Below, piece by piece: positions 10,473-24,700 of a DNA stretch of 64,000 nucleotides. Within the stretch, counting starts at the first letter, position 1, and each line of letters opens with the position of its first letter. The DNA comes from an uncultured candidatus Porisulfidus sp. (GTDB lineage: Bacteria > Pseudomonadota > Gammaproteobacteria > Poriferisulfidales > Poriferisulfidaceae). The translations under genes and the position numbers were made by a program. The DNA lies in the NCBI GenBank assembly GCA_965116025.1, contig OZ220480.1, positions 96,001 through 160,000 of the forward strand. The letters are read 5' to 3'. The notes under the pieces are model-generated. The model made no database searches and was not told the origin of the DNA. It was given only the letters and a program-made list of their open reading frames with translations.

Positions 10473-12326
10473 TCAAGCGCTCGCTTGAAACTCGGTGATC
10501 GACCCGCGAATTCCTTCCGTGTCCAGCTTGGCTTCCGCCAGCTGATCTTCCCGCGTTCCGTGCGCGATATAACGATCCGGGAGCCCCAACCGCAACAGCC
10601 GCGTGGACCCATCCAAATTCAGGGACTCAGCCACCGCGCTGCCCGCCCCGCCCGCCACAACGTTGTCCTCGACGGTCACCAGAAGGTCATGATTCTTCGC
10701 TACCTCATTCAGGAGACGCGTGTCCAAGGGCTTGACGAAACGCATGTCAATCAGCGTCGCGTCCAATTCTTCCGCGACAGGATTCGCCTGTTCCAGCAAG
10801 CTGCCGAACACCAGGAACGCGATTTGGCTTCCCTCCCGGACTTTCCGCGCCTTCCCAATCGGAATCGGCTCCAAGGCTTTCTCGACTTGGGCCCCCGATC
10901 CCTTGCCACGCGGATAGCGCACCGCCGCCGGACCTTCGTGCAGAAATCCAGTAGTCAGCATCCTTCGACACTCATTCTCGTCGGACGGAGCCATGATCAC
11001 CATACCCGGCAGGCAACGCAGATAAGACAGGTCGAAGGCACCGACATGAGTTTTTCCGTCGTTCCCGACCAGACCGGCCCGATCAATAGCGAAAAGCACG
11101 TCCAGCTCCTGCACCACGACATCATGAATCAACTGGTCATATCCTCGCTGCAGGAAAGTCGAATAAATGGCCACCACCGGCTTCGCGCTCGCGCATGCCA
11201 TGCCCGCGGCCACGGTGACCGCGTGCTGCTCCGCGATGCCGACATCGAAATAACGGTCCGGATATTCTTTTTCAAAACGGACGAGACCGCTTCCCTCTCG
11301 CATCGCCGGAGTGATGGCCATCAGCCTGGAATCCGCGGCGGCCTGATCACTCAGCCAATCGCTGAACACTTGCGTATAGGTCGGCCCACCACTCGACCCT
11401 TTCTTCCGCACCCCGATTTCCGGGTCGAAGGTCGGCACCGCATGATAGCCTACCGGGTCTCCTTCAGCTGGTTCGTAGCCCATCCCCTTTTGCGTGATAA
11501 CGTGCAACAGTCGCGGCCCAGTCTGGTCGCGCAACCGTTCCACCACCTTAAGCAATCCCAGCACGTCATGCCCGCCAACGGGGCCGAAATACTGCACTCC
11601 CAGCTCCTCGAACAATGTGCCTGGAAGAATCATCCCCTTGAGGTGCTCCTCCATCCTCATCGCGAACTTCTTGACTCGCGGCACTGAGCTCAGCATGCGC
11701 TGACCCTTCTGGCGAACCGTGGAATACAGGCTGCCCGCCAAAAGGCGGGTCAGGTAGCGGGACATGGCGCCCACGTTCGGAGAAATCGACATCTCGTTGT
11801 CGTTGAGCACCACCAAAACGTCCGCTTCGGAAACCCCCAAATGGTTCAGCGCCTCGTAAGCCAGCCCGGCGGTCAAGCCACCGTCCCCGATCACGGCGAT
11901 CGACTTGCATGGCTTTCCCACGTTTCGACTACCCAGCGCCATGCCCAAGGCCGCGCTGATCGAGGTGCTGGAGTGTCCCACCCCAAAGCTGTCGTAAGGG
12001 CTCTCCGCCCGCTCCGGGAACGGCGCCAAGCCTCCCCAGCGGCGAATCGTCTCCAAGCGGTCCCGGCGGCCCGCCAAAACCTTGTGCCCATAGCTTTGGT
12101 GTCCCACGTCCCAGACCAGATAGTCTTCTGGAGTGTTGAACGCGTAATGCAGAGCCACAGTCAACTCGACCGCGCCTAGGCTGGCCCCAAAGTGGCCGCC
12201 ACAGCGGGCCACGCCTTGAATCAGGAATTCGCGGAGCTCCTTAGCGACCGCAGGAAGCGCGTCGCGGTCAAGCGCCCGCAGATCAGCCGGGCTGTCGATC
12301 TTCGACAGATAGGGAAAGTCGTCCAT
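10473..12326 (-). CDS. dxs: 1-deoxy-D-xylulose-5-phosphate synthase
   Basis: [61 protein letters not shown]. Confidence 0.97.
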   Translation of the reverse strand: MDDFPYLSKIDSPADLRALDRDALPAVAKELREFLIQGVARCGGHFGASLGAVELTVALHYAFNTPEDYLVWDVGHQSYGHKVLAGRRDRLETIRRWGGLAPFPERAESPYDSFGVGHSSTSISAALGMALGSRNVGKPCKSIAVIGDGGLTAGLAYEALNHLGVSEADVLVVLNDNEMSISPNVGAMSRYLTRLLAGSLYSTVRQKGQRMLSSVPRVKKFAMRMEEHLKGMILPGTLFEELGVQYFGPVGGHDVLGLLKVVERLRDQTGPRLLHVITQKGMGYEPAEGDPVGYHAVPTFDPEIGVRKKGSSGGPTYTQVFSDWLSDQAAADSRLMAITPAMREGSGLVRFEKEYPDRYFDVGIAEQHAVTVAAGMACASAKPVVAIYSTFLQRGYDQLIHDVVVQELDVLFAIDRAGLVGNDGKTHVGAFDLSYLRCLPGMVIMAPSDENECRRMLTTGFLHEGPAAVRYPRGKGSGAQVEKALEPIPIGKARKVREGSQIAFLVFGSLLEQANPVAEELDATLIDMRFVKPLDTRLLNEVAKNHDLLVTVEDNVVAGGAGSAVAESLNLDGSTRLLRLGLPDRYIAHGTREDQLAEAKLDTEGIRGSITEFQASA

Positions 12327-12328
12327 GA

Positions 12329-12580
12329 CTACTCTTCCCCTAAATCCAAGGGCTGGGCCGCGCCCTCCCCTTTTTCTTGCTTGACGATCTTGTCGACTCT
12401 CTGCTGAGCCTTGTCGAGACGCTCGCGCAACGCGCGGGTCAAGGCCACTCCGCGCTCAAAATCCCGCAGGGATTCTTCTAGCGAAACCTCTCCGCTTTCC
12501 AGCCTCTCGACCAGATCCTCCAATTGCTGGAGAGATTCCTCGAAAGGAAAAGCTTGGTCGTCTTTCGGTTGATCTGCCAT
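12329..12580 (-). CDS. xseB: Exodeoxyribonuclease VII small subunit
   Basis: [32 protein letters not shown]; located directly upstream of dxs. Confidence 0.95.
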   Translation of the reverse strand: MADQPKDDQAFPFEESLQQLEDLVERLESGEVSLEESLRDFERGVALTRALRERLDKAQQRVDKIVKQEKGEGAAQPLDLGEE

Positions 12581-12726
12581 ACCTCGCTACCGAAAGTTGA
12601 ATCGCCGTTAGTTTATCATCCTAATTCGCGCCCGTCGCTTTGGATCGTCACATCTCTTTGGCAAACTCGGGACCACCCGCCCGAAAACCCGGAACGATTC
12701 CCTATACGCGCCCTCGTCCGCCATCC

Positions 12727-15700
12727 TCACCAGCGAAGCGAGCTGCGCAACATCAGCCGATCTTCCGTGGCGGATGTCCCGCTAAGGTCACGTTCCGCTT
12801 CCATAGAAAGAGACAGCTCGTCCGTGAGGCGGTAGCGCGTTCCGAAGCGCACGGTCCGCCCACCCGCTTCCTCCAGCGTAAATGCCGCGTACGGCGAAAC
12901 CAACGCCACCGGACCCGAGCCCGGCACCGCGAAGCCATGCCCGATCTCCGCTTCTAGGCGATACTCCGCGCCAACATCACCCGATCCGACAAGATTCGAG
13001 GTCGGCGCGCGGTCAAACATGCGGTCGATCCCGCTCTCAGTCCCACCACGCGAGAAGCCCAGCGTCAAGGAGGGCCCCCGACCGTCTGATCCGGGAGCTA
13101 GGGACAGCATTCCGCTCACGCCCCATTCATCACGGTCCCTCTCGTGCTCCACCAACGCGCGGGTTCGGAAATCCGCCGTCAAACCAGCCACTGGGTCGCG
13201 GTACGTCAGGCTGACCCCGGCCTCAAGGCCAGCCCCTTCCGCCGCGTCTCCGCCGTCGTAACGCACCCCAGCCTCCAACGCCGGAGTCAGCGTCCCACCT
13301 CCTTCCAGAGCCCGCTCGTGCGAGCCCTCCAACGCGAGACGCAACCGACTCGTATCCACCGACAGCTTGACGAGACCATCCTCTGCATCAGTCCGGGCCT
13401 CGGCCAGCGAGCCTTCACCCTTCAACGCGAGACGCGTCACCCCGCCTCCAATCAGATCCTCGTTCGATACCAGAACGTGGCGGCCGCCGACCGCCGCGCT
13501 CACGAGAGTCAAGTCGGTAGAGCGCGCCGCCTCACTCTCCTCCTCAATCCGAACCTCGCCACGGCCGTAGCCCGCGCTCGCCCACAGACTCGATCCGTCG
13601 CCAAATAGCCATGCCATATATGGGTGCACCGCCCTAAGCCGGGTCTCGTAGACGCTCTCCACCTCGTCCACCTTAGAGTCAAGGTCGGCCTCGGAATACG
13701 AGACCGCGGCCCCGGCCAGAAGATCTGGACGCAGTCGCAGGTCCATACCCACATGCGCCGACCAGACCTCACCGTCCCAAGAGACCCCGTCCTCCGATCC
13801 GTCCAAGGACACCTGCCCCCCTCGGCCCCACACTGAAACGGGAGTCTCCTCGCCGGCAACCCCAAGCGGTAAAGCGAACGCCGCACCATCCAGAAGCTCG
13901 CGCAAGCGTGGGCGTGATTCTCCGCTCGCGCCCGCCGCCGGTAGCGCGCCAATTCGGAACGCGCTCTCCGCGATGCCGCCAGAAGACACCACCTTAATGC
14001 GGTCCGTGATCACGTCCAAGGATTGCGACAGCACCGCCGCCGCCACATGCGGCAGAACCTCGTTGTTGATCCGATTCGCCCGAGCGGCCGCCATTGACGA
14101 ATCGTCGTTCAGCGCGCCAGCGGCCGTGACATCATCGCCTATTGCGTAACCGACCGCGTCGTTCAGCGTGATAGCGTAGGTTTCCGCCCCTTCCGCCTCC
14201 GAGTCGACCCGGGTCGGAATCGTGACCACGCCTGTCAGACTGGCGGTATCTCCGAACGCCGCCTCGAAACTTCTCGGACCAAGCCCGCCCGGAAGGTCGT
14301 CCTCCGTGAATCCACTCGCGCCGCGGTCCGCCAATGTCAAGCTTACAGTCAGCGTTCCGGTCAACTCTCGGTCGGACGTGAGCGTCAAACTGATCGCCAC
14401 TCCCTCGGTCACCGCTTCTGGATCGATGAGAAGCTGCAGGGTCGGCGTCGTGTCCGTCACCGACACCGTGACCGAACCTACGTTCGCTGAATCGTAGCCC
14501 CCGCCCGAGGCGGAATGCGTCAGCGTCACGTCAGCGTCCGTCGTCACGTCTTCATCTCGCGCCGCGGATACGGTCACTGTTTGCGCAATTTTCCAGTTGG
14601 CGGTGGTGAAAGTCAGAGCTGACGGCTCCACTGACACATCGCCTGAGGCCCCATCCACAGTAATCGCGACATCGCCGGAAGGTGGGGCATCCAGCGCCAC
14701 CGTGTACGTCCCGGTCGCCCCCTCCGCCACCGACAGCGTCGCCGGCGACAGCGTCACCCCGGCCGTCTCGTCGTCGGCGACCGACACCGTCACCACGCCG
14801 CCCGCCGACACGCCGGCGTAGCCCGTCACCGGATGCGTCACCCGCACGGTCTCGTCCGTCGCGTCGGCGTCGCCCTCCGCGGTCACCGTCACCGTCCGCG
14901 CCGTCTCCCAGTTCGCCGTCGTGAACGTCAGCGTCGACGGGCTCACCGTCGCCGCCCCCTCGTCCGCGCTCGTCGGCGACACCGTCACGCTCCCCGAGGG
15001 CCGGCTGTCCAGCGCCACCGTGTACGTCCCGGTCGCCCCCTCCGCCACCGACAGCGTCGCCGGCGACAGCGTCACCCCGGCCGTCTCGTCGTCGGCGACC
15101 GACACCGTCACCACGCCGCCCGCCGACACGCCGGCGTAGCCCGTCACCGGATGCGTCACCCGCACGGTCTCGTCCGTCGCGTCGGCGTCGCCCTCCGCGG
15201 TCACCGTCACCGTCCGCGCCGTCTCCCAGTTCGCCGTCGTGAACGTCAGCGTCGACGGGCTCACCGTCGCCGCCCCCTCGTCCGCGCTCGTCGGCGACAC
15301 CGTCACGCTCCCCGAGGGCCGGCTGTCCAGCGCCACCGTGTACGTCCCGGTCGCCCCCTCCGCCACCGACAGCGTCGCCGGCGACAGCGTCACCCCGGCC
15401 GTCTCGTCGTCGGCGACCGACACCGTCACCACGCCGCCCGCCGACACGCCGGCGTAGCCCGTCACCGGATGCGTCACCCGCACGGTCTCGTCCGTCGCGT
15501 CGGCGTCGCCCTCCGCGGTCACCGTCACCGTCCGCGCCGTCTCCCAGTTCGCCGTCGTGAACGTCAGCGTCGACGGGCTCACCGTCGCCGCCCCCTCGTC
15601 CGCGCTCGTCGGCGACACCGTCACGCTCCCCGAGGGCCGGCTGTCCAGCGCCACCGTGTACGTCCCGGTCGCCCCCTCCGCCACCGACAGCGTCGCCGGC

Positions 15701-18700
15701 GACAGCGTCACCCCGGCCGTCTCGTCGTCGGCGACCGACACCGTCACCACGCCGCCCGCCGACACGCCGGCGTAGCCCGTCACCGGATGCGTCACCCGCA
15801 CGGTCTCGTCCGTCGCGTCGGCGTCGCCCTCCGCGGTCACCGTCACCGTCCGCGCCGTCTCCCAGTTCGCCGTCGTGAACGTCAGCGTCGACGGGCTCAC
15901 CGTCGCCGCCCCCTCGTCCGCGCTCGTCGGCGACACCGTCACGCTCCCCGAGGGCCGGCTGTCCAGCGCCACCGTGTACGTCCCGGTCGCCCCCTCCGCC
16001 ACCGACAGCGTCGCCGGCGACAGCGTCACCCCGGCCGTCTCGTCGTCGGCGACCGACACCGTCACCACGCCGCCCGCCGACACGCCGGCGTAGCCCGTCA
16101 CCGGATGCGTCACCCGCACGGTCTCGTCCGTCGCGTCGGCGTCGCCCTCCGCGGTCACCGTCACCGTCCGCGCCGTCTCCCAGTTCGCCGTCGTGAACGT
16201 CAGCGTCGACGGGCTCACCGTCGCCGCCCCCTCGTCCGCGCTCGTCGGCGACACCGTCACGCTCCCCGAGGGCCGGCTGTCCAGCGCCACCGTGTACGTC
16301 CCGGTCGCCCCCTCCGCCACCGACAGCGTCGCCGGCGACAGCGTCACCCCGGCCGTCTCGTCGTCGGCGACCGACACCGTCACCACGCCGCCCGCCGACA
16401 CGCCGGCGTAGCCCGTCACCGGATGCGTCACCCGCACGGTCTCGTCCGTCGCGTCGGCGTCGCCCTCCGCGGTCACCGTCACCGTCCGCGCCGTCTCCCA
16501 GTTCGCCGTCGTGAACGTCAGCGTCGACGGGCTCACCGTCGCCGCCCCCTCGTCCGCGCTCGTCGGCGACACCGTCACGCTCCCCGAGGGCCGGCTGTCC
16601 AGCGCCACCGTGTACGTCCCGGTCGCCCCCTCCGCCACCGACAGCGTCGCCGGCGACAGCGTCACCCCGGCCGTCTCGTCGTCGGCGACCGACACCGTCA
16701 CCACGCCGCCCGCCGACACGCCGGCGTAGCCCGTCACCGGATGCGTCACCCGCACGGTCTCGTCCGTCGCGTCGGCGTCGCCCTCCGCGGTCACCGTCAC
16801 CGTCCGCGCCGTCTCCCAGTTCGCCGTCGTGAACGTCAGCGTCGACGGGCTCACCGTCGCCGCCCCCTCGTCCGCGCTCGTCGGCGACACCGTCACGCTC
16901 CCCGAGGGCCGGCTGTCCAGCGCCACCGTGTACGTCCCGGTCGCCCCCTCCGCCACCGACAGCGTCGCCGGCGACAGCGTCACCCCGGCCGTCTCGTCGT
17001 CGGCGACCGACACCGTCACCACGCCGCCCGCCGACACGCCGGCGTAGCCCGTCACCGGATGCGTCACCCGCACGGTCTCGTCCGTCGCGTCGGCGTCGCC
17101 CTCCGCGGTCACCGTCACCGTCCGCGCCGTCTCCCAGTTCGCCGTCGTGAACGTCAGCGTCGACGGGCTCACCGTCGCCGCCCCCTCGTCCGCGCTCGTC
17201 GGCGACACCGTCACGCTCCCCGAGGGCCGGCTGTCCAGCGCCACCGTGTACGTCCCGGTCGCCCCCTCCGCCACCGACAGCGTCGCCGGCGACAGCGTCA
17301 CCCCGGCCGTCTCGTCGTCGGCGACCGACACCGTCACCACGCCGCCCGCCGACACGCCGGCGTAGCCCGTCACCGGATGCGTCACCCGCACGGTCTCGTC
17401 CGTCGCGTCGGCGTCGCCCTCCGCGGTCACCGTCACCGTCCGCGCCGTCTCCCAGTTCGCCGTCGTGAACGTCAGCGTCGACGGGCTCACCGTCGCCGCC
17501 CCCTCGTCCGCGCTCGTCGGCGACACCGTCACGCTCCCCGAGGGCCGGCTGTCCAGCGCCACCGTGTACGTCCCGGTCGCCCCCTCCGCCACCGACAGCG
17601 TCGCCGGCGACAGCGTCACCCCGGCCGTCTCGTCGTCGGCGACCGACACCGTCACCACGCCGCCCGCCGACACGCCGGCGTAGCCCGTCACCGGATGCGT
17701 CACCCGCACGGTCTCGTCCGTCGCGTCGGCGTCGCCCTCCGCGGTCACCGTCACCGTCCGCGCCGTCTCCCAGTTCGCCGTCGTGAACGTCAGCGTCGAC
17801 GGGCTCACCGTCGCCGCCCCCTCGTCCGCGCTCGTCGGCGACACCGTCACGCTCCCCGAGGGCCGGCTGTCCAGCGCCACCGTGTACGTCCCGGTCGCCC
17901 CCTCCGCCACCGACAGCGTCGCCGGCGACAGCGTCACCCCGGCCGTCTCGTCGTCGGCGACCGACACCGTCACCACGCCGCCCGCCGACACGCCGGCGTA
18001 GCCCGTCACCGGATGCGTCACCCGCACGGTCTCGTCCGTCGCGTCGGCGTCGCCCTCCGCGGTCACCGTCACCGTCCGCGCCGTCTCCCAGTTCGCCGTC
18101 GTGAACGTCAGCGTCGACGGGCTCACCGTCGCCGCCCCCTCGTCCGCGCTCGTCGGCGACACCGTCACGCTCCCCGAGGGCCGGCTGTCCAGCGCCACCG
18201 TGTACGTCCCGGTCGCCCCCTCCGCCACCGACAGCGTCGCCGGCGACAGCGTCACCCCGGCCGTCTCGTCGTCGGCGACCGACACCGTCACCACGCCGCC
18301 CGCCGACACGCCGGCGTAGCCCGTCACCGGATGCGTCACCCGCACGGTCTCGTCCGTCGCGTCGGCGTCGCCCTCCGCGGTCACCGTCACCGTCCGCGCC
18401 GTCTCCCAGTTCGCCGTCGTGAACGTCAGCGTCGACGGGCTCACCGTCGCCGCCCCCTCGTCCGCGCTCGTCGGCGACACCGTCACGCTCCCCGAGGGCC
18501 GGCTGTCCAGCGCCACCGTGTACGTCCCGGTCGCCCCCTCCGCCACCGACAGCGTCGCCGGCGACAGCGTCACCCCGGCCGTCTCGTCGTCGGCGACCGA
18601 CACCGTCACCACGCCGCCCGCCGACACGCCGGCGTAGCCCGTCACCGGATGCGTCACCCGCACGGTCTCGTCCGTCGCGTCGGCGTCGCCCTCCGCGGTC

Positions 18701-21700
18701 ACCGTCACCGTCCGCGCCGTCTCCCAGTTCGCCGTCGTGAACGTCAGCGTCGACGGGCTCACCGTCGCCGCCCCCTCGTCCGCGCTCGTCGGCGACACCG
18801 TCACGCTCCCCGAGGGCCGGCTGTCCAGCGCCACCGTGTACGTCCCGGTCGCCCCCTCCGCCACCGACAGCGTCGCCGGCGACAGCGTCACCCCGGCCGT
18901 CTCGTCGTCGGCGACCGACACCGTCACCACGCCGCCCGCCGACACGCCGGCGTAGCCCGTCACCGGATGCGTCACCCGCACGGTCTCGTCCGTCGCGTCG
19001 GCGTCGCCCTCCGCGGTCACCGTCACCGTCCGCGCCGTCTCCCAGTTCGCCGTCGTGAACGTCAGCGTCGACGGGCTCACCGTCGCCGCCCCCTCGTCCG
19101 CGCTCGTCGGCGACACCGTCACGCTCCCCGAGGGCCGGCTGTCCAGCGCCACCGTGTACGTCCCGGTCGCCCCCTCCGCCACCGACAGCGTCGCCGGCGA
19201 CAGCGTCACCCCGGCCGTCTCGTCGTCGGCGACCGACACCGTCACCACGCCGCCCGCCGACACGCCGGCGTAGCCCGTCACCGGATGCGTCACCCGCACG
19301 GTCTCGTCCGTCGCGTCGGCGTCGCCCTCCGCGGTCACCGTCACCGTCCGCGCCGTCTCCCAGTTCGCCGTCGTGAACGTCAGCGTCGACGGGCTCACCG
19401 TCGCCGCCCCCTCGTCCGCGCTCGTCGGCGACACCGTCACGCTCCCCGAGGGCCGGCTGTCCAGCGCCACCGTGTACGTCCCGGTCGCCCCCTCCGCCAC
19501 CGACAGCGTCGCCGGCGACAGCGTCACCCCGGCCGTCTCGTCGTCGGCGACCGACACCGTCACCACGCCGCCCGCCGACACGCCGGCGTAGCCCGTCACC
19601 GGATGCGTCACCCGCACGGTCTCGTCCGTCGCGTCGGCGTCGCCCTCCGCGGTCACCGTCACCGTCCGCGCCGTCTCCCAGTTCGCCGTCGTGAACGTCA
19701 GCGTCGACGGGCTCACCGTCGCCGCCCCCTCGTCCGCGCTCGTCGGCGACACCGTCACGCTCCCCGAGGGCCGGCTGTCCAGCGCCACCGTGTACGTCCC
19801 GGTCGCCCCCTCCGCCACCGACAGCGTCGCCGGCGACAGCGTCACCCCGGCCGTCTCGTCGTCGGCGACCGACACCGTCACCACGCCGCCCGCCGACACG
19901 CCGGCGTAGCCCGTCACCGGATGCGTCACCCGCACGGTCTCGTCCGTCGCGTCGGCGTCGCCCTCCGCGGTCACCGTCACCGTCCGCGCCGTCTCCCAGT
20001 TCGCCGTCGTGAACGTCAGCGTCGACGGGCTCACCGTCGCCGCCCCCTCGTCCGCGCTCGTCGGCGACACCGTCACGCTCCCCGAGGGCCGGCTGTCCAG
20101 CGCCACCGTGTACGTCCCGGTCGCCCCCTCCGCCACCGACAGCGTCGCCGGCGACAGCGTCACCCCGGCCGTCTCGTCGTCGGCGACCGACACCGTCACC
20201 ACGCCGCCCGCCGACACGCCGGCGTAGCCCGTCACCGGATGCGTCACCCGCACGGTCTCGTCCGTCGCGTCGGCGTCGCCCTCCGCGGTCACCGTCACCG
20301 TCCGCGCCGTCTCCCAGTTCGCCGTCGTGAACGTCAGCGTCGACGGGCTCACCGTCGCCGCCCCCTCGTCCGCGCTCGTCGGCGACACCGTCACGCTCCC
20401 CGAGGGCCGGCTGTCCAGCGCCACCGTGTACGTCCCGGTCGCCCCCTCCGCCACCGACAGCGTCGCCGGCGACAGCGTCACCCCGGCCGTCTCGTCGTCG
20501 GCGACCGACACCGTCACCACGCCGCCCGCCGACACGCCGGCGTAGCCCGTCACCGGATGCGTCACCCGCACGGTCTCGTCCGTCGCGTCGGCGTCGCCCT
20601 CCGCGGTCACCGTCACCGTCCGCGCCGTCTCCCAGTTCGCCGTCGTGAACGTCAGCGTCGACGGGCTCACCGTCGCCGCCCCCTCGTCCGCGCTCGTCGG
20701 CGACACCGTCACGCTCCCCGAGGGCCGGCTGTCCAGCGCCACCGTGTACGTCCCGGTCGCCCCCTCCGCCACCGACAGCGTCGCCGGCGACAGCGTCACC
20801 CCGGCCGTCTCGTCGTCGGCGACCGACACCGTCACCACGCCGCCCGCCGACACGCCGGCGTAGCCCGTCACCGGATGCGTCACCCGCACGGTCTCGTCCG
20901 TCGCGTCGGCGTCGCCCTCCGCGGTCACCGTCACCGTCCGCGCCGTCTCCCAGTTCGCCGTCGTGAACGTCAGCGTCGACGGGCTCACCGTCGCCGCCCC
21001 CTCGTCCGCGCTCGTCGGCGACACCGTCACGCTCCCCGAGGGCCGGCTGTCCAGCGCCACCGTGTACGTCCCGGTCGCCCCCTCCGCCACCGACAGCGTC
21101 GCCGGCGACAGCGTCACCCCGGCCGTCTCGTCGTCGGCGACCGACACCGTCACCACGCCGCCCGCCGACACGCCGGCGTAGCCCGTCACCGGATGCGTCA
21201 CCCGCACGGTCTCGTCCGTCGCGTCGGCGTCGCCCTCCGCGGTCACCGTCACCGTCCGCGCCGTCTCCCAGTTCGCCGTCGTGAACGTCAGCGTCGACGG
21301 GCTCACCGTCGCCGCCCCCTCGTCCGCGCTCGTCGGCGACACCGTCACGCTCCCCGAGGGCCGGCTGTCCAGCGCCACCGTGTACGTCCCGGTCGCCCCC
21401 TCCGCCACCGACAGCGTCGCCGGCGACAGCGTCACCCCGGCCGTCTCGTCGTCGGCGACCGACACCGTCACCACGCCGCCCGCCGACACGCCGGCGTAGC
21501 CCGTCACCGGATGCGTCACCCGCACGGTCTCGTCCGTCGCGTCGGCGTCGCCCTCCGCGGTCACCGTCACCGTCCGCGCCGTCTCCCAGTTCGCCGTCGT
21601 GAACGTCAGCGTCGACGGGCTCACCGTCGCCGCCCCCTCGTCCGCGCTCGTCGGCGACACCGTCACGCTCCCCGAGGGCCGGCTGTCCAGCGCCACCGTG

Positions 21701-24700
21701 TACGTCCCGGTCGCCCCCTCCGCCACCGACAGCGTCGCCGGCGACAGCGTCACCCCGGCCGTCTCGTCGTCGGCGACCGACACCGTCACCACGCCGCCCG
21801 CCGACACGCCGGCGTAGCCCGTCACCGGATGCGTCACCCGCACGGTCTCGTCCGTCGCGTCGGCGTCGCCCTCCGCGGTCACCGTCACCGTCCGCGCCGT
21901 CTCCCAGTTCGCCGTCGTGAACGTCAGCGTCGACGGGCTCACCGTCGCCGCCCCCTCGTCCGCGCTCGTCGGCGACACCGTCACGCTCCCCGAGGGCCGG
22001 CTGTCCAGCGCCACCGTGTACGTCCCGGTCGCCCCCTCCGCCACCGACAGCGTCGCCGGCGACAGCGTCACCCCGGCCGTCTCGTCGTCGGCGACCGACA
22101 CCGTCACCACGCCGCCCGCCGACACGCCGGCGTAGCCCGTCACCGGATGCGTCACCCGCACGGTCTCGTCCGTCGCGTCGGCGTCGCCCTCCGCGGTCAC
22201 CGTCACCGTCCGCGCCGTCTCCCAGTTCGCCGTCGTGAACGTCAGCGTCGACGGGCTCACCGTCGCCGCCCCCTCGTCCGCGCTCGTCGGCGACACCGTC
22301 ACGCTCCCCGAGGGCCGGCTGTCCAGCGCCACCGTGTACGTCCCGGTCGCCCCCTCCGCCACCGACAGCGTCGCCGGCGACAGCGTCACCCCGGCCGGCC
22401 GCGTCACCGTGATCGTCACGTCCTCCGTGTCCGTGTTGCCACTGCCATCGCTCGCCGTCACCGTCATCGTGTACGTGCCCACCGATGGAGGCATAAATGT
22501 CAACCGTGCCTGGCTCAGTGCCGTACCGTTAGGCAGGGCTGGCAATGTTTCATCGGATTTGCGCGTCCAAACATAGCTGACCGTGTCTCCATCCCCGTCC
22601 GTCGCCGATGCCGTGATGTCCACGGTCTCGCCAACATTCACTGTCTCGTCCTCGATATCCGCCAGCACGGGCGACTCGTCGTCGTCCGTGATCGTTACCG
22701 TGGTCGCGGCGTTGCCCAGCGCGAAACCCGCTGGCAACGTAGCGGCGGGGTTGATTGTCACCGTGAACGTCTCATCGTCCTCGTCCAAGTCGTCATTCGT
22801 GATCGGAATCTCAATGTCCTGCGTCGTATCCGCAGACGAGAACGCCACCGAGGTCACCGCATCATTGTCGTAGTCGCCATCCGACGGATCGGACGCTCCC
22901 GTCGCCGTGCCTCCGCTATAGCTCACATTGAACGTCACCGCCTCGCCGAAAGCCTCGGACGCCGTGATCGTCACCGTCGCGTTCGCGTCCGTCCCTTCGG
23001 TCACCGGTAGCGACGACGGCACCGACACCGTCTTCGTGTCATCGTTCAATGTGCCATCGGCCACGGCATCATCACCAACCACGTAATCAGCCGCGTCGTT
23101 CAGCGTGATCCGGTAGGTCTCCGGGCTCTCCACAATCCTGTCAAGGCTGGTCGGGATCGTCACTGTGCCCGTCAGGCTTGGATTCGTGCCGAACGCCACG
23201 TCGAAAGTCTGCGCCAAAGCCCCGGGGATATCATTCGTGTCGAAGCCACTGGAACCACGATCCGCCAACGTCAGGCTCACCGCTAAATCGCCCGTCAGCG
23301 CCCGGTCAGACGTGACCGTCAGGTTGATATCGGCCCCCTCGTCCACCACCGCTGGATTGGTCAGCAATTGCAACGTCGGCGTCAGGTCGGTCACCGTCAC
23401 GTCGACATCATCGATGTTGAGCGAGGGTCCGTAGTTGGCATCGTCGCTGGACGCGCCATGGGTCAGCGTCGCCGTGTCGTCGATCGCGTCCTCATCAGCG
23501 CCCGCGTTAACCGTCACCGCCTGCGCCGTGTCCCAGTTCGCCGTCGTGAACGTCAGCGCCGACGGGTCCACCGTCACCTCGCCCGAGGCGCCACCCACCG
23601 TCACCGTCACGCTCGCCGAAGGCTGTGTCGCCAGTTCCACCGCGTAGCTACCGCTCGCGCCCTCGACCACTTCCAACTCAGCTGGATACACTCTCACCTT
23701 AGCGCTATCGTCGTCGAGGATAGTAATTTTGATCGAGTCCGGGGCCCAGTCCGTCCCTCCACGCGCGTAATACGCATTCAGTTCGATCACCTCATCGCTC
23801 TCGCTCTTCTCGTCACCCACAATTTTCAAGGTGGCGGTGCCCCGTGTTTCCCCTATTGGTATTCGGACATGTGCCGGTGTCCCTTTGAAATCCTCACCAA
23901 CTTTCGCTGTGCTGACGCTTGTTTGGGAATACAGTACGCTAACCAGAAAACCTAGAAGTCGATTACGGTCAACATCGGGCGCCGGCTTACTGAGCGTGAC
24001 GGTGAGCGTGACTTCGGTCTCGCCGGAATCTCCCTCGGTGACCCTTGTCTCGCTGGCCGACAGCGTAATCGTGCCCTCCACCGGTATCTCCCTCACCTCA
24101 TCCGAAGCCGTACCATTACCCAAGGAATTCACCGCGCGGATACTGAAACCGTACGATGTCCCCAACTCCAAGTCTGTCACCGTGTGGCTCGTGGTCGCCG
24201 CGCCAGAACCGGTGATCCTAATCCAATCCCCCCATTTTCCTGCAGCACCAGCAAGCTTCCACTCTCTCTGCCGATACTCCCACCTAGTGATGCTGGAATC
24301 GTCTGGATTGTCCCATGCGAGCGTCACTTGATTGTCGCCCGCCGTAGTCGTCAGACCGGTTGGCTTCATGGGAACCGAAGTCGCCATCATCCCTTCATCA
24401 TCCGTGATCGTCACCGTGGTCGCGGCGTTGCCTAGCGCGAAACCCGCTGGCAACGTAGCGGCAGGATTGATCGTCACCGTGAACGTCTCATCGTTCTCGC
24501 CCAAGTCGTCGTCTGTAATCGGGATTGAGATGCTCTTCGTCGTATCGGTGAGCATGAACGCCACCGAGGTCACGGCGTCATTTTCATAGTCTCCATCCGA
24601 TGGATTGGGCGCCCCCGTCGCCGTGCCGTCGGCATACGAGACATCGAACGTCACCGCTACATCAAACGCCTTGGACACCGTGACCGTGACCGTCGCGCTC

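Noticed and set aside
14690-22397. Possible CRISPR array or non-coding satellite
   Set aside because: The units are 318 bp, have no spacers, are in frame within a CDS, and no cas genes are present.
14833-23010. 2725-aa Arg/His-rich plus-strand ORF, the repeated 72-aa ORFs, and the 962-aa ORF at 26512-29400
   Set aside because: Antisense shadows of the GC-rich, codon-biased adhesin repeats. Their composition is not protein-like.
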